Positions 63,323 through 64,000 of a stretch of DNA of 64,000 bases are shown here, piece after piece. Position 1 is the first letter of the stretch. Each line of letters begins with the position of its first letter. The notes beneath the pieces are model-generated. The model was given only the letters and a program-made list of their open reading frames with translations. It had not been told where the DNA came from and did no database searches. Source of the stretch: a candidate division WOR-3 bacterium (GTDB lineage: Bacteria > Hydrothermota > Tepidihabitantia > Tepidihabitantales > Tepidihabitantaceae); the NCBI GenBank assembly GCA_965649295.1, contig CBFGKH010000005.1, positions 64,001 to 128,000 of the forward strand, written 5' to 3'. A program made the position numbers and the translations under genes.

Positions 63323-63350
63323 TTGACTATGCGGCGACGAGAGGTATCAT
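63323..63350 (+). promoter_or_regulatory. promoter with very short leader
   Basis: TTGACT, 16 nt, TATCAT, 11 nt, ATG 63362. Confidence 0.6.
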
Positions 63351-63361
63351 CTAATCACCCG

Positions 63362-63859
63362 ATGACAAGACTACTGATTTTGATTGTATTGACGTTAGCC
63401 GTTGCTGTTGGTGCCAGCACCGGGTTCTTGACAATCACAGTCGATTCGATGCCAGCGCAGGTTTATGTTGACGCAACTACGGTGTTTCTTGCCGACGGAC
63501 CTAGGGTTATCGAGGCTGAGCCGGGCAAGCACTTCGTGTCGCTGTTCCCGCCAAGCAAGGTGTATCGGGCAGCTAAGGAACAAGCTCCTGACCATTTCTG
63601 GAGCCGATTGCGTCAAGCCGGTGCAATTGGCGATGAGTATGGCCTGTTAGCGAGTTACGAGGCCGGCGCGGTTAGGGCTGGGACCGATTGGGTTTATGTT
63701 GTCCCGGATGAAACGCTGACGGTCGCGCTCTCCCGAGCGGCTGTCGCTAGAACCTATCGCCAGGATTCAGGCTGCGTGGCGCGAACCTTTGTTGGCTGGG
63801 CAGCATTGATTGGTGTCGCGATGGTTCTGAGCGTGGTGCTGGCCGCCGTAACTCCCTGA
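63362..63859 (+). CDS. exported PEGA-like protein with C-terminal TM anchor
   Basis: signal peptide; G.L.I..DS.PAQVYVD..PGKH.V; C-terminal hydrophobic helix. Confidence 0.6.
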   Translation: MTRLLILIVLTLAVAVGASTGFLTITVDSMPAQVYVDATTVFLADGPRVIEAEPGKHFVSLFPPSKVYRAAKEQAPDHFWSRLRQAGAIGDEYGLLASYEAGAVRAGTDWVYVVPDETLTVALSRAAVARTYRQDSGCVARTFVGWAALIGVAMVLSVVLAAVTP

Positions 63860-63880
63860 GGCCCGCGTGAGATTCCAGAA

Positions 63881-64000
63881 TCAGGGCAGTCTCACAACCC
63901 GCACTCTGCTACCCATGCCATTGCCGGAGTCCTCAAGGACGAAGTAAACACCAGCGCCAAGATAGCGGCCGTCTAGTCCCAATCCGTACCACGACGTGGG
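63881..64000 (-). CDS. 3' end of a protein with FlgD/T9SS-like C-terminal domain (truncated by window; not in ORF track)
   Basis: minus-strand frame reads PTSWYGLGLDGRYLGAGVYFVLEDSGNGMGSRVRVVRLP*. Confidence 0.7.
   Translation of the reverse strand, partial: PTSWYGLGLDGRYLGAGVYFVLEDSGNGMGSRVRVVRLP

Noticed and set aside
1..64000. CRISPR array, rRNA, transposase/integrase or prophage
   Set aside because: I saw no regularly spaced 25-45 nt repeats, rRNA signatures or recombinase/phage motifs. I also saw no duplicated tRNA-Sec 3' end that would indicate an att site.

Overview
A 64 kb, roughly 58% GC (estimated by eye), densely coding segment from a Gram-negative bacterium. It most resembles FCB-group or candidate phylum WOR-3 genomes. 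This is an inference from the many C-terminal T9SS/Por-type sorting domains, two PorV/PorQ-like barrels, an archaeal-type FBP aldolase/phosphatase and an archaeal/eukaryote-type ProRS. It holds housekeeping genes (Ca-type P-ATPase, yceD, moxR, fbp, tsaB, coaX, birA, rmuC, dacB, trxB, argF, proS, truD, fabD) and a tRNA-Sec (selC). There is also a large envelope complement. The most notable element is a ~16 kb locus (8190-24206): a periplasmic M16B peptidase pair transcribed divergently from exbB-exbD-exbD-tonB, followed by a sorting-domain protein, a lipoprotein, a TonB-dependent receptor with an EF-hand loop, a 1028-aa sorting-domain protein and a PorV-like barrel. It has no SusD, and two distant paralogous lipoproteins are associated with it. 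I propose it as a candidate protein/peptide-utilisation and dedicated-export system. Other observations include giant cargo proteins sharing a Lys/Arg-rich six-bladed propeller just before the sorting domain, and a parvulin nested inside a parvulin. A catalytically degenerate 5'-nucleotidase is fused to a ComEA domain. About 19 sigma70-like promoters are readable, most with a 16-bp spacer and about half apparently leaderless, and two genes seem to need non-canonical starts (ATC; CTA/GTT). I found no CRISPR array, rRNA, transposase or integrase. All functional calls come from reading motifs by eye, with no database searches.
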